Part shown: positions 51,926 to 64,000 of the stretch, piece after piece
Layout: every line of letters begins with the position of its first letter
Numbering within the stretch: the stretch's first letter is position 1
Assembly (NCBI GenBank): GCA_965603825.1
Contig: CBFDEM010000013.1
Coordinates: 877,581-941,580 of the forward strand
Direction of reading: 5' to 3'
Length of the DNA: 64,000 bases
From: Blepharisma stoltei ATCC 30299
Lineage: Eukaryota; Protista; Ciliophora
Made by a program: the position numbers and the translations under genes
The notes under the pieces: generated by a model
What the model saw: the letters and a program-made list of their open reading frames with translations, nothing else
The model's database searches: none
Told to the model about the DNA's origin: nothing

Positions 51926-52747
51926 AATAAGTTATCTTGATTTAATAATCCTCTATTTATATTTGCAAATAAATTGGAGTATTAAGATTGCCTTTATATC
52001 TGAGTGTTGCTTATTTGGGTCTTTTTCTAGCGTTTAATGAGCAGTAAAAAGGCAAAGGCTGCTAGTTATATTTCAGTAATTTCTTTGCACTTTATTAGCA
52101 GCATTATCTATTAAGTGTATTAATATATTTAATAATTATATACAATTAATTTTTTTAGATGTGAATAATAATTATGTACAATTTAATTATTTTTAGATAT
52201 GAATCTAGTCTGGAGATAGCAATTTTGGCGTGTGTGAAAAATACTTTGTGTGCTCCAACTTATAAAAAAGCATTACTAAATTTGATTATATTATAATATT
52301 AACATAAATGAGTCTCGATTTAAGTCATCAAAGCAACAAAACCACTGCTGGCTAATTGCAGGGAAATTGATCTCCCTCAGAAAATCAACTAATAAACAGA
52401 TCAAAGTAGTATAACATTACTGAGACGTTAAGCAGCTTTATGTTTTTATTTCTCCGTCAGCATAGCAAGGGGTATTTATTAGAATGCAATAATTTATTAA
52501 TAAATACAATTTTAAGAGTAGCTGCATAGATTTAGTAGCTATAAAGGATATTGCTTAACAACCCTTATAGTAAAAGTTATAAGCTAAAAAAATAATTCAT
52601 CCTAGCAATGCTGAAATTGAAACATTTTCCTATGTTAAATAATGAAATCTGTAAAAAGTGCCTAAAATCTCGGCTGAGGGATTTTATAGGCTTATAAAAT
52701 TATTATTTTAGTCCTTAAAACAATTAAGCCATCATGAATCTATAAAA

Positions 52748-54040
52748 ATGTTTAGCGGTAGGTGCTTCAAAGATGGTTGCACAAGCAAGCTGCATGGAAT
52801 ATGCAAATGTGAGGGACTCATCCTATTTTGCAAAGAGCATGGACTTGAGCATGTAGAAAGTCCAACTCCTAAAGGACATCAAATCGTAAGATGCTATTTT
52901 AAGCCAGCAGAAGAAATCAAGAAGCCGATTATCGATAAGCTTATAGAATTCAAAAGAGATATAAAAAATTTAGGATTGAAGCGATTGCTAAGGCCAATGA
53001 AATTATAAATAATTTTAAAGTTGCGTTTGGGAAATATATCAATCAAATAAACGAGGCTGAAGCAAGATGCGACAAAATGATTGAAATTTTATATAATGGA
53101 CGAGAGTTTCTTGATATTGCTACTGAAGATAATATGGAAAATATTTTAAAATTAAACGCTACAGACATTCAACAAAAGACGATCTGGTGAAATATAAGCC
53201 AATTAAGCTACAAAGAAGTAAATGAAGCTATTGAAAATATGTATAAACACCCTTTTGTGGCTTACTTTGCAGGAACTTTAGAAGATGAAATTGAATCAAA
53301 CGAGCTTTCATTTTTCAGACATAATTCTTCAAATTTTGCAACTATAAACTTAGATAATTTACAGATTTCTTCTACAGTAACTCTCCCAACTCAAGAATCA
53401 ATCCATGGGTATACAGGAAGCTGCATACTTCCTGATAAAACTTATTTTTATGGCTGCAATAATAATTCTAGTTCAGCCACCACATTTACGATCGACAAAA
53501 ATAAAAATTTAAAGCAGCTGCAAAACTCAAAGGTTAATTATAATGTTTTTCCTATTTTTTTCAATAATTATATCTATTTAATAGGAGGAAACAATAATCT
53601 GGCTGAGAGGTATGATTTTAAACAAAATGTGAGAAAGTATGGCTCCTCTGCCCCAAGGTTTAAATTTTAACTACAGCTGTAATGCGCGATTTAGAGATTC
53701 AATATTTATAACAAGCCAGAGTCTTCAAAAAGTAATAGTTTATAGCATTACCCAAAATAGCTACCAAGAGATTTCGAATTTGGCATTGAGTGTTAGTTAT
53801 AAATTGATACTTAAAGGAAACAGAAGAATTTATGTATTTGAGAAAGGGGGAAGAATTTTCGAAAGCGGTGAAAACAATTTTTCAAGTTGGACTCAAATAG
53901 GAACTAATAGCATTCCGGGTAACCCTGGCCATTCAAGTATCGTTTATTATAAAGGTTCCATTTACTTTGTTCAGCATCAATATCAGCTCTGGAAGTTCGA
54001 TCTCACTTCAAAGCAAGCATCTCAAGTAACAACTTTCTAA
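52748..54040 (+). pseudogene. Family B copy B6, two small frameshifts (or assembly errors)
   Basis: -1 in A-run at ~52965, -2 at ~53630; otherwise full length. Confidence 0.7.
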
Positions 54041-54967
54041 AAATAAAGATTTATCGCTTTAATAAAATTCGATTTATATAGCATCAAATTGCATAATGCA
54101 TTATCGCTCGTTATTTCATCACATGATTATAATTAGTTGTTTTATTAAGTCTTGCAAAAAGTAAAGAGCATAACTCTGTTAATATTTCAATCAGCCTTAC
54201 TATTGAGTTGCAGAATATACACTGTATAGCGTCTTTACGCTCATGGATCTTCTTTTCGATATCTCCGAGAAATTAGGAGTTGATTTTACTTTTACCATTG
54301 TATTTGAGATGAGAAGGACTAAAACGTGAAAAACAGCCGGGCTCTATCGAGATGTGATGGGCAGAGGATCAAGAGTAGGATTTCCGTTATACCTGTGGAA
54401 CATAGGGAAAGCTATAAAGTAATAGGTATTATTTTTTGACTGAGAGCATCATCTGATGCCAAATTCTCATTTAATACATTTAAATTGATTTGCAGCAGTG
54501 AAAATGATGAATTGGAACAGAAGAGCCATATCTATTAATTTCAATGAAGAAGCGAATAATATAAAAAATCCAAGAAAAATCATAAGCAATGAACCTATCA
54601 TAATTATAATATTATCTGATTATAAATACTTGCATCGTTTCTGCAGCAATGTTCGGCTTTAGTGATAGGAAAACGCAGATAAGGTCTTCAAGCATATTAT
54701 TAAAGTTAAAACTGCGATTTATTACTAACATTTTAATTTATTCTCTAAGCTTTCTTCAAAGTGCTAATCACTAATACAAACTATAAGAAATTATAATTTA
54801 AATAATGGTTTCTATATTTACATAAGTGATAGATAAACTACAAATAATAAAGATCAAACCACATTAGTAATGAATTCAGCATAATAAAATTTTCCCTAGC
54901 TTTTTTAATAATATCAGACTAATTCCACTACACAGAATTATAACTATAAATTTATTAATATGAGATG

Positions 54968-57178
54968 CTATGGGATATAGTTATAAGCTGAAAGATCATT
55001 CACATCTCTCGCCAAGAATTCTCTTTCAATCAAGCTTTCAATTTGTGCCTTAATCATGTTAGGCTGAGGTTTAAAACTCTTTACTTCTTCGAGGACTTCA
55101 GATACCAGCTCTTGATGCTTTATAACTCTTCTGGCTTTGGTAATCTTCACAATAATAGCATCCAAAATCTGCTTTCTTTCAGAAATAACTACTACTTCTT
55201 CATTATGGCTTGGATTGGTAGCTCTCACTGTTTTTTTTAGGAATGCAATTAATTCTAGCCATTGCAGCTTTAAAGTTTTCATTAATTGTAATCAATTCTT
55301 CATCATTTAGCGTCTTCCCTTTGCTTTCTTTATTAAATATTTTTGATTTTGGGCTGAAAAATTTGATGAAATTGGCTTTAAAGGTATTGTCACTTAATTT
55401 GGAGTTCTCTCTCAATTCTCTGACACTATATGCATTTCCATTATTAAACATAAGAAGTATGACTGCTTGATAAGGGTTCACTATAAAATTGTAATTTTTA
55501 TTCGAAAACAAGCTACAGATTTCAAAAGTTCCTAATCCAGTTATCCAAGTAATGCTACGTCCACCGTATTTATGTTTATAAAATAGAGAAAATTCTTTTG
55601 CTAACACTTGAATTTCATAAGGTAATAAGCAAATCTCAGACGATATCCCAGGCCAGCACCCTGATTTTAGGACTTGTGCAGAAAATTGAACTTCATGAGG
55701 ACGGTCTTGATTGTAGTTCTGATTAAACTCAGCCGTAATAACTTCTGATAAAGAAAAATCTTGGTAAATGCTGTAAATTTTATTCACAATTGCATGGTCG
55801 CCCTCAACCTTAAGTTTTTCAATCAATATTTGTTCTGCATCATTGCTTATGCTAGTCTTTTCCAATAATCGCTTTGCCAAAAAGCGAGCATAGTGATTAA
55901 TAAATATATCTTTATCATATAACAATGCAAAAATTATAGAAATTTCAGATAATCTTATATCAATTTCTATATCAGAAAGCCCAATAAGTCCTTTTTTCAT
56001 CATATAGTCACTATAATAGACAACATTAGAAGCTGAGCATGAGAATTTATTGATAAAGTTTCGAAATGCAAAAGAGCTGCTTTTTTGGAATGTAAGATGA
56101 TTGGAAAATGAATAATTAATAAGTTCATCAATTTCTGCTTTATATTTTAATATTGATCTTGTGTATTCAATAGGATCTTGCTGAAGCTTTTCATCTGATA
56201 TAATTTCTAAACCCTTTTTTTCAATGTAAAGCTCAAATTCAGGAATGATTGATTGAAGAGTAATTTCATAGTTTTTAAAAATCTCAAACAGCATTTTCAC
56301 TTCATCTCTTTTATCTTGATCAAACATTCTTATTTTCCCAATTTCTGGCATTTCTGCCAAACTCAAGGCAACTCTTTTTACAATCTCTCCAGCGATAATA
56401 TTTAAAATTTTATTTTGTAAATCCTCATAATCTCTAATTTTTTCTGATTCTTCTTCAAATATTTTAAGTGCTTCCTGGAAATTTGTAGGAATCAAAAGGC
56501 TTGACATTCATCCTATGGGCTTAGAAGCATAATAAAGCTTGGTTTTCTGCAAATATGGGTTTTCAACAATTTTTTTAAAAAATTTATCATTGGGGATCCC
56601 TTCGCATGTAATTTCTTTTGATTTTTCCTTTTCGTTAGACTTGGATTGCTTACAAAAATTTCTTGAAGGCAGGATAAGCATTTTCTCACACAGCTAACAT
56701 TGCTGTCATTTCCTTCTCTTTCATTATGTATTTGCTCAAAAAGGGCTTTATAGATTTTTCTTTTTGAATAATCAAATAGCTCAGTTTTAAATATCTGTAA
56801 TCCCATCGGAACTAAAGGTGTAAATTCATAAATTTTGGGTTCTCCAAAGTCAACATGATAAAAAATTTTTTTGAGCCAACGGACAAGAATTTTGTGCTTT
56901 TTTCATGATTTATAGAGATTAACTAATAAATTTCTTCCTTCTGAGTGAAGAAGTCTTGGCTTTGATATTTTTTCAGTATAAGTTCTGACAAGATTGGCAT
57001 ATTCATCATACAAGCAAAGTGAATGACCCCAGCGTGCCGCCTCGTAAACAAGACTGCAAGCTTTAGCAAAAATATTGCATCCTAGATCTGCTGGATTTCC
57101 ATTTTCAATTTGCTCGAATATTTTAGGAGCAAGGTCTTCTTTAATGTAGCGTAAAGTTTCTGTGAACTTTGTGCTCAT
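54968..57178 (-). CDS. Cullin (divergent), with two single-base shifts in A-runs (~56630, ~55235) and TGA=Trp at 56903 and 56508
   Basis: W..HKILVRWLKKIF, QIHNEREG, DKDIFINHYARFLAKRLL, VLKSGCWP, neddylation helix DAIIVKITKARR, IESLIEREFLARD..YNYIP. Confidence 0.85.
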
Positions 57179-57815
57179 TGAATAAAAATTACTAAAAATG
57201 TAGAAAGCTTATTAACGTTTTTAATAAAGAATTATAAAAATATGATAATAAATTTGTAAAAATATTATAGAGTTGAAATGGGTGTCTATTATAGTCCCAC
57301 ATCCAAAAGAATTTATCTTTTTAAATTATAATTATTTTTGTCAATTTATAAAGAAACTCTCTACTAATTATCTTTTAATATTTTACCAAAATATTATCAA
57401 TTTGTTAGCCTATCTTTAAGAGAGGCAAGAAAAATATGCTATACAAATATGTAGCCTACTAAGCCTATAATCGCTATCAATTATCAAGGTATTCCTAGAA
57501 ATTCTGGAATTGCCCATTTGGAAGTTGAGAAATGCACATTTCAGTTCTTATAACTTCTAAATTTTCTAAAATCTTGAACCCAGCTAAGTAAAATCCTGGT
57601 CTACCCTTCTAAAATCTTGATTTCTTCTACTTCACTTTCACTGTCATAAATCATCAATTCAATTCTATTGCTAATTCTTCTATGCTTTGCTTCAGTTAAA
57701 TATTTCTGGAGTTTCCAGCGCCTTTGCCTCTTTTTTTCACTCGGTGTCGTAAATAAACAAATCAGGGATATATTATGATTATTATAATGATGACTTATTA
57801 TAACCAAATTTTATT

Positions 57816-60770
57816 CTAAATCTGCATTTTTTGGAGTAGCTCAGCACGGTCTCGGCTTAATACTTCGTTAATAAAATTGATATCTTTTTGAGAAAGGTTT
57901 CATTCATCCCCAGTGAAAACACCACTTTCTTGATTTTCTTGCTTCAAGTTATAAGCTCTATTAAAGTCCTGCAAAGCTGCTTCTTCTTGTCTGAGATTAT
58001 TAAATACTCTAGCTCGGCTGCAGAAATGCAAAGGATTATTGGGTTCAAGTTTGATTGCCTCATCATAGCATTGTATTGCTTCTTGATATTTGTTTAAAGC
58101 ATAAAGAGAATTGCCTTTATGATTATAAAAATCGCCATCATTTGGATTGATTTTGATTGCTTCATCATAGCTTTCTACTGCTTCTGGGTATCTTCCTAAT
58201 TCATTTAAAGCATCTCCTTTATTATAGTAAAAATCAGCACCGTTTGGATCGAGTTTGATTGCTTCGTCATAGCATTCGATTGCTTCTAAATATCTTTTTA
58301 AATCATAAAAAGTGTGGCCTTTATTTTTGTAAAAACAAGCTTCATTTGGATTGAGTTTGATCGCTTCGTCGTAACATTCGATTGCTTCTTGATATCTTTG
58401 TAAATTATAAAAAGCGTTGCCTTTATCATTGTAAAAATCAGCATTGTTTGGATCGAGTTTGATTGCTTCGTCATAGCATTCAATTGCTTCTTGATATTTT
58501 TTTAAATTAGAATAAGCTCTGCCTTTATTATGGTAAAAATAAGCGCAATTTGGATTGATTTTGATTGCTTCGTCATAGCATTCAAGTGCTTCTAGATATT
58601 TTTTTAAATTAGAAAAAGCGTTGCCTTTATCATTGTAAAAATCAGCATCGTATGGATCGAGTTTGATAGCTTCGTCATAACATTCAATTGCTTCTAGGTA
58701 TCTACTTAAATCACAAAACGCTTTGCTTTTATTATAGTAAAAAGGGGCATAAATTGGGTTGATTTTGATTGCTTCATCATAGCATTCAAGCGCTTCTAGA
58801 TATTTTTTTAAATTAGAAAAAGCGTTGCCTTTATCATTGTAAAAATCAGCATTGTATGGATCGAGTTTGATAGCTTCGTCATAGCATTCAATTGCTTCTT
58901 GATAATTTTTTAAATTAGAATAAGCTCTGCCTTTATTATGGTAAAAATAAGCGCAATTTGGATTGATTTTGATTGCTTCGTCATAGCATTCAAGTGCTTC
59001 AAGATATCTTTCTAAATTAGAAAAAGCGTTGCCTTTATCATTGTAAAAATCAGCATTGTTTGGATCGAGTTTGATTGCTTCATCATAGCATTCGATTTCT
59101 TCCAGATATCTTTTTAAATTATTAAAAGCGTTGCCTTTATCATTGTATAAATTAGCATCGTTTGGATTAATTTTGATTGCTTCGTCATAGCATTCGATTG
59201 CTTCTAGATATCTTTCTAAATTATAAAAAGCGTTGCCTTTATCATTGTATAAATCAGCATCGCTTGGATTGAGTTTGATTACATCGTCATAGCATTCAAT
59301 TGCTTCTTGATATTTTTCTAAATCATTAAAAGCTTTGCCTTTACTATAGTAATAACAAGCTTCATTTGGATTGAGCTTGATTGCTTCGTCGAAGCATTCA
59401 ATTGCTTCTAGATATCTTTCTAAATAAGAAAAAGCTTTGCCTTTATTATTGTATAAAACAGGATCGTTTGGATCGAGTTTAATTGCTTCATCATAGCATT
59501 CAATTGCTTCTAGATATCTTTTTAAATCATAAAAAGTATGGCCTTTATTTTTGTAAAAACAAGCTTCATTTGGTTCGAGTTTGATTGCTCCGTCATAGCA
59601 TTCGATTGCTTCTAGATATCTTTGTAAATTATAAAAAGCGTTGCCTATATTATTGTATAAATCAGGATCGTTTAGATCGAGCTTGATTGCTTCATTGTAG
59701 CATTCAATTGCTTCTAGATATCTTTTTAAATCATAAAAAGCTTCGCCTTTATAATAATAAAAAGGAGCGTTGTTTGGTTTGAGTTTGATTGATTCGTCTA
59801 AGCGTTCAATTGCTCCTAGAGTTCTTGCTAAATCGGCTAGAGTATTGCCTTTTTGATTTCATTCATCCTGGTAATAAGGATCGAGTTTAGAATTCTGGTT
59901 ATTGCATTTTATTACTTCAATCTTTTTACCTACTCTTCTTAGTGAGAAATGCTCATTATAGTAAGAAACATCAATAATGATTTTTTGTTCTAAATTAAAA
60001 AAATAGTATTCTCTAGTCAAATAAGAAATAGTTGAGATGCATACTCCTCCTTTATTATATAAAAAATAAACTTGATCAGGATTGCAGCTGATTATCGATT
60101 CTGCTATTCTTTTCCAATTTCATAAACTTCCAATTTCGCTTTCATAGATTGATCCTTTTTCGCATTCAATCAAATACAGTCTCTCTGTATTTATCAGGAC
60201 TTTTCTTTTCTTCTCTGCAAACTCATAAGGAATTGTTGAGAAAGAGTCAATATCAATTGAGTATAACCAAAGATTTCTATTAAGAAATCCAGAAATCAAA
60301 ATGTTTCCATTAAATATTATACTATGGCACATATAATCATATGTTGGCATCTGAGCTAATTGAATTCATCGATTTTGTTCCAAATCAAATCTACTAGAGA
60401 GAGTTATTTTGTTTCTACCCTTTTCTCCAAAGCAATAGATGCTGTTGTTGAAATAGATACATGATGTGCCAGAGCAAGGAGTTCCAGATGGCAACACTTC
60501 GACTCCACAATTCACATCAATTATCATTGGAATTCAAGAAGATGAATAACTACCAAAGCAGAATAGCTTGCCGTTTGGAAGTTGAGCCATGCAAGTACCT
60601 AAGTCTAGTGGTTGTTGAGTCTGCAAGATTTTGACTTCTTGGGTTTCATTTTCAGTGTTATAAATAATCAAATTAGTTCTTTTATTTTTATAATCTTGTA
60701 TAATATTATAGAGAGATGTCCTTTGCTGGTAAGCATTAAGATAATCTTGGTAAGCTTGAATTAATTGTGG
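57816..60770 (-). CDS. 5'-truncated Kelch-like propeller + TPR array protein (>=984 codons)
   Basis: Single frame from telomere junction (PQLIQAYQDY..QLPNGKLFCFG..IYCFG..RFDL..W) through TPRs to TAG 57816; five TGA=Trp; missed by ORF track. Confidence 0.85.
57950..59860 (-). repeat. ~18-19 tandem 102-bp TPR-coding repeats
   Basis: Unit approx. FYNDKGNAFSNLKRYLEAIECYDEAIKLDPNDAD recurring every 102 nt. Confidence 0.9.
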
Positions 60771-63700
60771 GTGTTAGGGTGTTAGGGTGTTAGGGTGTTA
60801 GGGTGTTAGGGTGTTAGGGTGTTAGGGTGTTAGGGTGTTAGGGTGTTAGGGTGTTAGGGTGTTAGGGTGTTAGGGTGTTAGGGTGTTAGGGTGTTAGGGT
60901 GTTAGGGTGTTAGGGTGTTAGGGTGTTAGGGTGTTAGGGTGTTAGGGTGTTAGGGTGTTAGGGTGTTAGGGTGTTAGGGTGTTAGGGTGTTAGGGTGTTA
61001 GGGTGTTAGGGTGTTAGGGTGTTAGGGTGTTAGGGTGTTAGGGTGTTAGGGTGTTAGGGTGTTAGGGTGTTAGGGTGTTAGGGTGTTAGGGTGTTAGGGT
61101 GTTAGGGTGTTAGGGTGTTAGGGTGTTAGGGTGTTAGGGTGTTAGGGTGTTAGGGTGTTAGGGTGTTAGGGTGTTAGGGTGTTAGGGTGTTAGGGTGTTA
61201 GGGTGTTAGGGTGTTAGGGTGTTAGGGTGTTAGGGTGTTAGGGTGTTAGGGTGTTAGGGTGTTAGGGTGTTAGGGTGTTAGGGTGTTAGGGTGTTAGGGT
61301 GTTAGGGTGTTAGGGTGTTAGGGTGTTAGGGTGTTAGGGTGTTAGGGTGTTAGGGTGTTAGGGTGTTAGGGTGTTAGGGTGTTAGGGTGTTAGGGTGTTA
61401 GGGTGTTAGGGTGTTAGGGTGTTAGGGTGTTAGGGTGTTAGGGTGTTAGGGTGTTAGGGTGTTAGGGTGTTAGGGTGTTAGGGTGTTAGGGTGTTAGGGT
61501 GTTAGGGTGTTAGGGTGTTAGGGTGTTAGGGTGTTAGGGTGTTAGGGTGTTAGGGTGTTAGGGTGTTAGGGTGTTAGGGTGTTAGGGTGTTAGGGTGTTA
61601 GGGTGTTAGGGTGTTAGGGTGTTAGGGTGTTAGGGTGTTAGGGTGTTAGGGTGTTAGGGTGTTAGGGTGTTAGGGTGTTAGGGTGTTAGGGTGTTAGGGT
61701 GTTAGGGTGTTAGGGTGTTAGGGTGTTAGGGTGTTAGGGTGTTAGGGTGTTAGGGTGTTAGGGTGTTAGGGTGTTAGGGTGTTAGGGTGTTAGGGTGTTA
61801 GGGTGTTAGGGTGTTAGGGTGTTAGGGTGTTAGGGTGTTAGGGTGTTAGGGTGTTAGGGTGTTAGGGTGTTAGGGTGTTAGGGTGTTAGGGTGTTAGGGT
61901 GTTAGGGTGTTAGGGTGTTAGGGTGTTAGGGTGTTAGGGTGTTAGGGTGTTAGGGTGTTAGGGTGTTAGGGTGTTAGGGTGTTAGGGTGTTAGGGTGTTA
62001 GGGTGTTAGGGTGTTAGGGTGTTAGGGTGTTAGGGTGTTAGGGTGTTAGGGTGTTAGGGTGTTAGGGTGTTAGGGTGTTAGGGTGTTAGGGTGTTAGGGT
62101 GTTAGGGTGTTAGGGTGTTAGGGTGTTAGGGTGTTAGGGTGTTAGGGTGTTAGGGTGTTAGGGTGTTAGGGTGTTAGGGTGTTAGGGTGTTAGGGTGTTA
62201 GGGTGTTAGGGTGTTAGGGTGTTAGGGTGTTAGGGTGTTAGGGTGTTAGGGTGTTAGGGTGTTAGGGTGTTAGGGTGTTAGGGTGTTAGGGTGTTAGGGT
62301 GTTAGGGTGTTAGGGTGTTAGGGTGTTAGGGTGTTAGGGTGTTAGGGTGTTAGGGTGTTAGGGTGTTAGGGTGTTAGGGTGTTAGGGTGTTAGGGTGTTA
62401 GGGTGTTAGGGTGTTAGGGTGTTAGGGTGTTAGGGTGTTAGGGTGTTAGGGTGTTAGGGTGTTAGGGTGTTAGGGTGTTAGGGTGTTAGGGTGTTAGGGT
62501 GTTAGGGTGTTAGGGTGTTAGGGTGTTAGGGTGTTAGGGTGTTAGGGTGTTAGGGTGTTAGGGTGTTAGGGTGTTAGGGTGTTAGGGTGTTAGGGTGTTA
62601 GGGTGTTAGGGTGTTAGGGTGTTAGGGTGTTAGGGTGTTAGGGTGTTAGGGTGTTAGGGTGTTAGGGTGTTAGGGTGTTAGGGTGTTAGGGTGTTAGGGT
62701 GTTAGGGTGTTAGGGTGTTAGGGTGTTAGGGTGTTAGGGTGTTAGGGTGTTAGGGTGTTAGGGTGTTAGGGTGTTAGGGTGTTAGGGTGTTAGGGTGTTA
62801 GGGTGTTAGGGTGTTAGGGTGTTAGGGTGTTAGGGTGTTAGGGTGTTAGGGTGTTAGGGTGTTAGGGTGTTAGGGTGTTAGGGTGTTAGGGTGTTAGGGT
62901 GTTAGGGTGTTAGGGTGTTAGGGTGTTAGGGTGTTAGGGTGTTAGGGTGTTAGGGTGTTAGGGTGTTAGGGTGTTAGGGTGTTAGGGTGTTAGGGTGTTA
63001 GGGTGTTAGGGTGTTAGGGTGTTAGGGTGTTAGGGTGTTAGGGTGTTAGGGTGTTAGGGTGTTAGGGTGTTAGGGTGTTAGGGTGTTAGGGTGTTAGGGT
63101 GTTAGGGTGTTAGGGTGTTAGGGTGTTAGGGTGTTAGGGTGTTAGGGTGTTAGGGTGTTAGGGTGTTAGGGTGTTAGGGTGTTAGGGTGTTAGGGTGTTA
63201 GGGTGTTAGGGTGTTAGGGTGTTAGGGTGTTAGGGTGTTAGGGTGTTAGGGTGTTAGGGTGTTAGGGTGTTAGGGTGTTAGGGTGTTAGGGTGTTAGGGT
63301 GTTAGGGTGTTAGGGTGTTAGGGTGTTAGGGTGTTAGGGTGTTAGGGTGTTAGGGTGTTAGGGTGTTAGGGTGTTAGGGTGTTAGGGTGTTAGGGTGTTA
63401 GGGTGTTAGGGTGTTAGGGTGTTAGGGTGTTAGGGTGTTAGGGTGTTAGGGTGTTAGGGTGTTAGGGTGTTAGGGTGTTAGGGTGTTAGGGTGTTAGGGT
63501 GTTAGGGTGTTAGGGTGTTAGGGTGTTAGGGTGTTAGGGTGTTAGGGTGTTAGGGTGTTAGGGTGTTAGGGTGTTAGGGTGTTAGGGTGTTAGGGTGTTA
63601 GGGTGTTAGGGTGTTAGGGTGTTAGGGTGTTAGGGTGTTAGGGTGTTAGGGTGTTAGGGTGTTAGGGTGTTAGGGTGTTAGGGTGTTAGGGTGTTAGGGT

Positions 63701-64000
63701 GTTAGGGTGTTAGGGTGTTAGGGTGTTAGGGTGTTAGGGTGTTAGGGTGTTAGGGTGTTAGGGTGTTAGGGTGCTTAGGGTGTTAGGGTGTTAGGGTGTT
63801 AGGGTGTTAGGGTGTTAGGGTGTTAGGGTGTTAGGGTGTTAGGGTGTTAGGGTGTTAGGGTGTTAGGGTGTTAGGGTGTTAGGGTGTTAGGGTGTTAGGG
63901 TGTTAGGGTGTTAGGGTGTTAGGGTGTTAGGGTGTTAGGGTGTTAGGGTGTTAGGGTGTTAGGGTGTTAGGGTGTTAGGGTGTTAGGGTGTTAGGGTGTT
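60769..64000 (+). repeat. Telomere (GGGTGTTA)n / (CCCTAACA)n, ~404 units to window end
   Basis: Perfect 8-mer array with one C insertion at 63774; heterotrich-type repeat. Confidence 0.98.

Noticed and set aside
55203-55282. Euplotes-type programmed +1 frameshift in cullin
   Set aside because: No AAA-stop slippery site at the shift, and the other shift is in the opposite direction; indel or error is simpler
57601-57807. 68-aa ORF as continuation of the TPR gene
   Set aside because: TPR frame terminates at TAG 57816; this ORF has a non-ATG start and no support
57950-59860. CRISPR-like or non-coding 102-bp array (no ORF in track)
   Set aside because: Open minus-strand frame encoding TPRs; missed only because it lacks an in-frame start codon between TGAs
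60769-64000. CRISPR or satellite interpretation of the terminal repeat
   Set aside because: Spacer-less 8-mer identical to the heterotrich telomere repeat

Overview
This is the end of a eukaryotic, AT-rich, gene-dense chromosome. Three features together indicate a heterotrich ciliate macronuclear chromosome, most consistent with Blepharisma: 15/16-nt GT..AG introns, in-frame TGA read as Trp, and a terminal (GGGTGTTA)n = (CCCTAACA)n telomere. The supplied ORF track is fragmented because it treats TGA as stop and ignores the tiny introns. 1-23 kb is a compact gene region: a C1q/TNF-like-domain protein, four tandem GPI-type aspartic proteases, a ~1992-aa Ser/Thr-rich surface protein, a P-loop kinase, a GPR180/TMEM145-like protein, and a class-V PLP cysteine-desulfurase-like enzyme with an inserted C2H2 finger. 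23-54 kb holds two head-to-head tandem arrays of 'Cys/His zinc module - coiled coil - Kelch-like propeller' genes. They include intact, frameshifted and relic copies, show loop-focused variation, and carry three TA-bounded IES-like insertions; excising one restores a full-length ORF exactly. 55-61 kb holds a frameshifted cullin and a propeller + ~18-TPR gene whose 5' end is cut by telomere addition inside the reading frame. The best candidate for an undescribed system is the subtelomeric, diversifying TRIM-like receptor array next to a cullin; its function is inference only.
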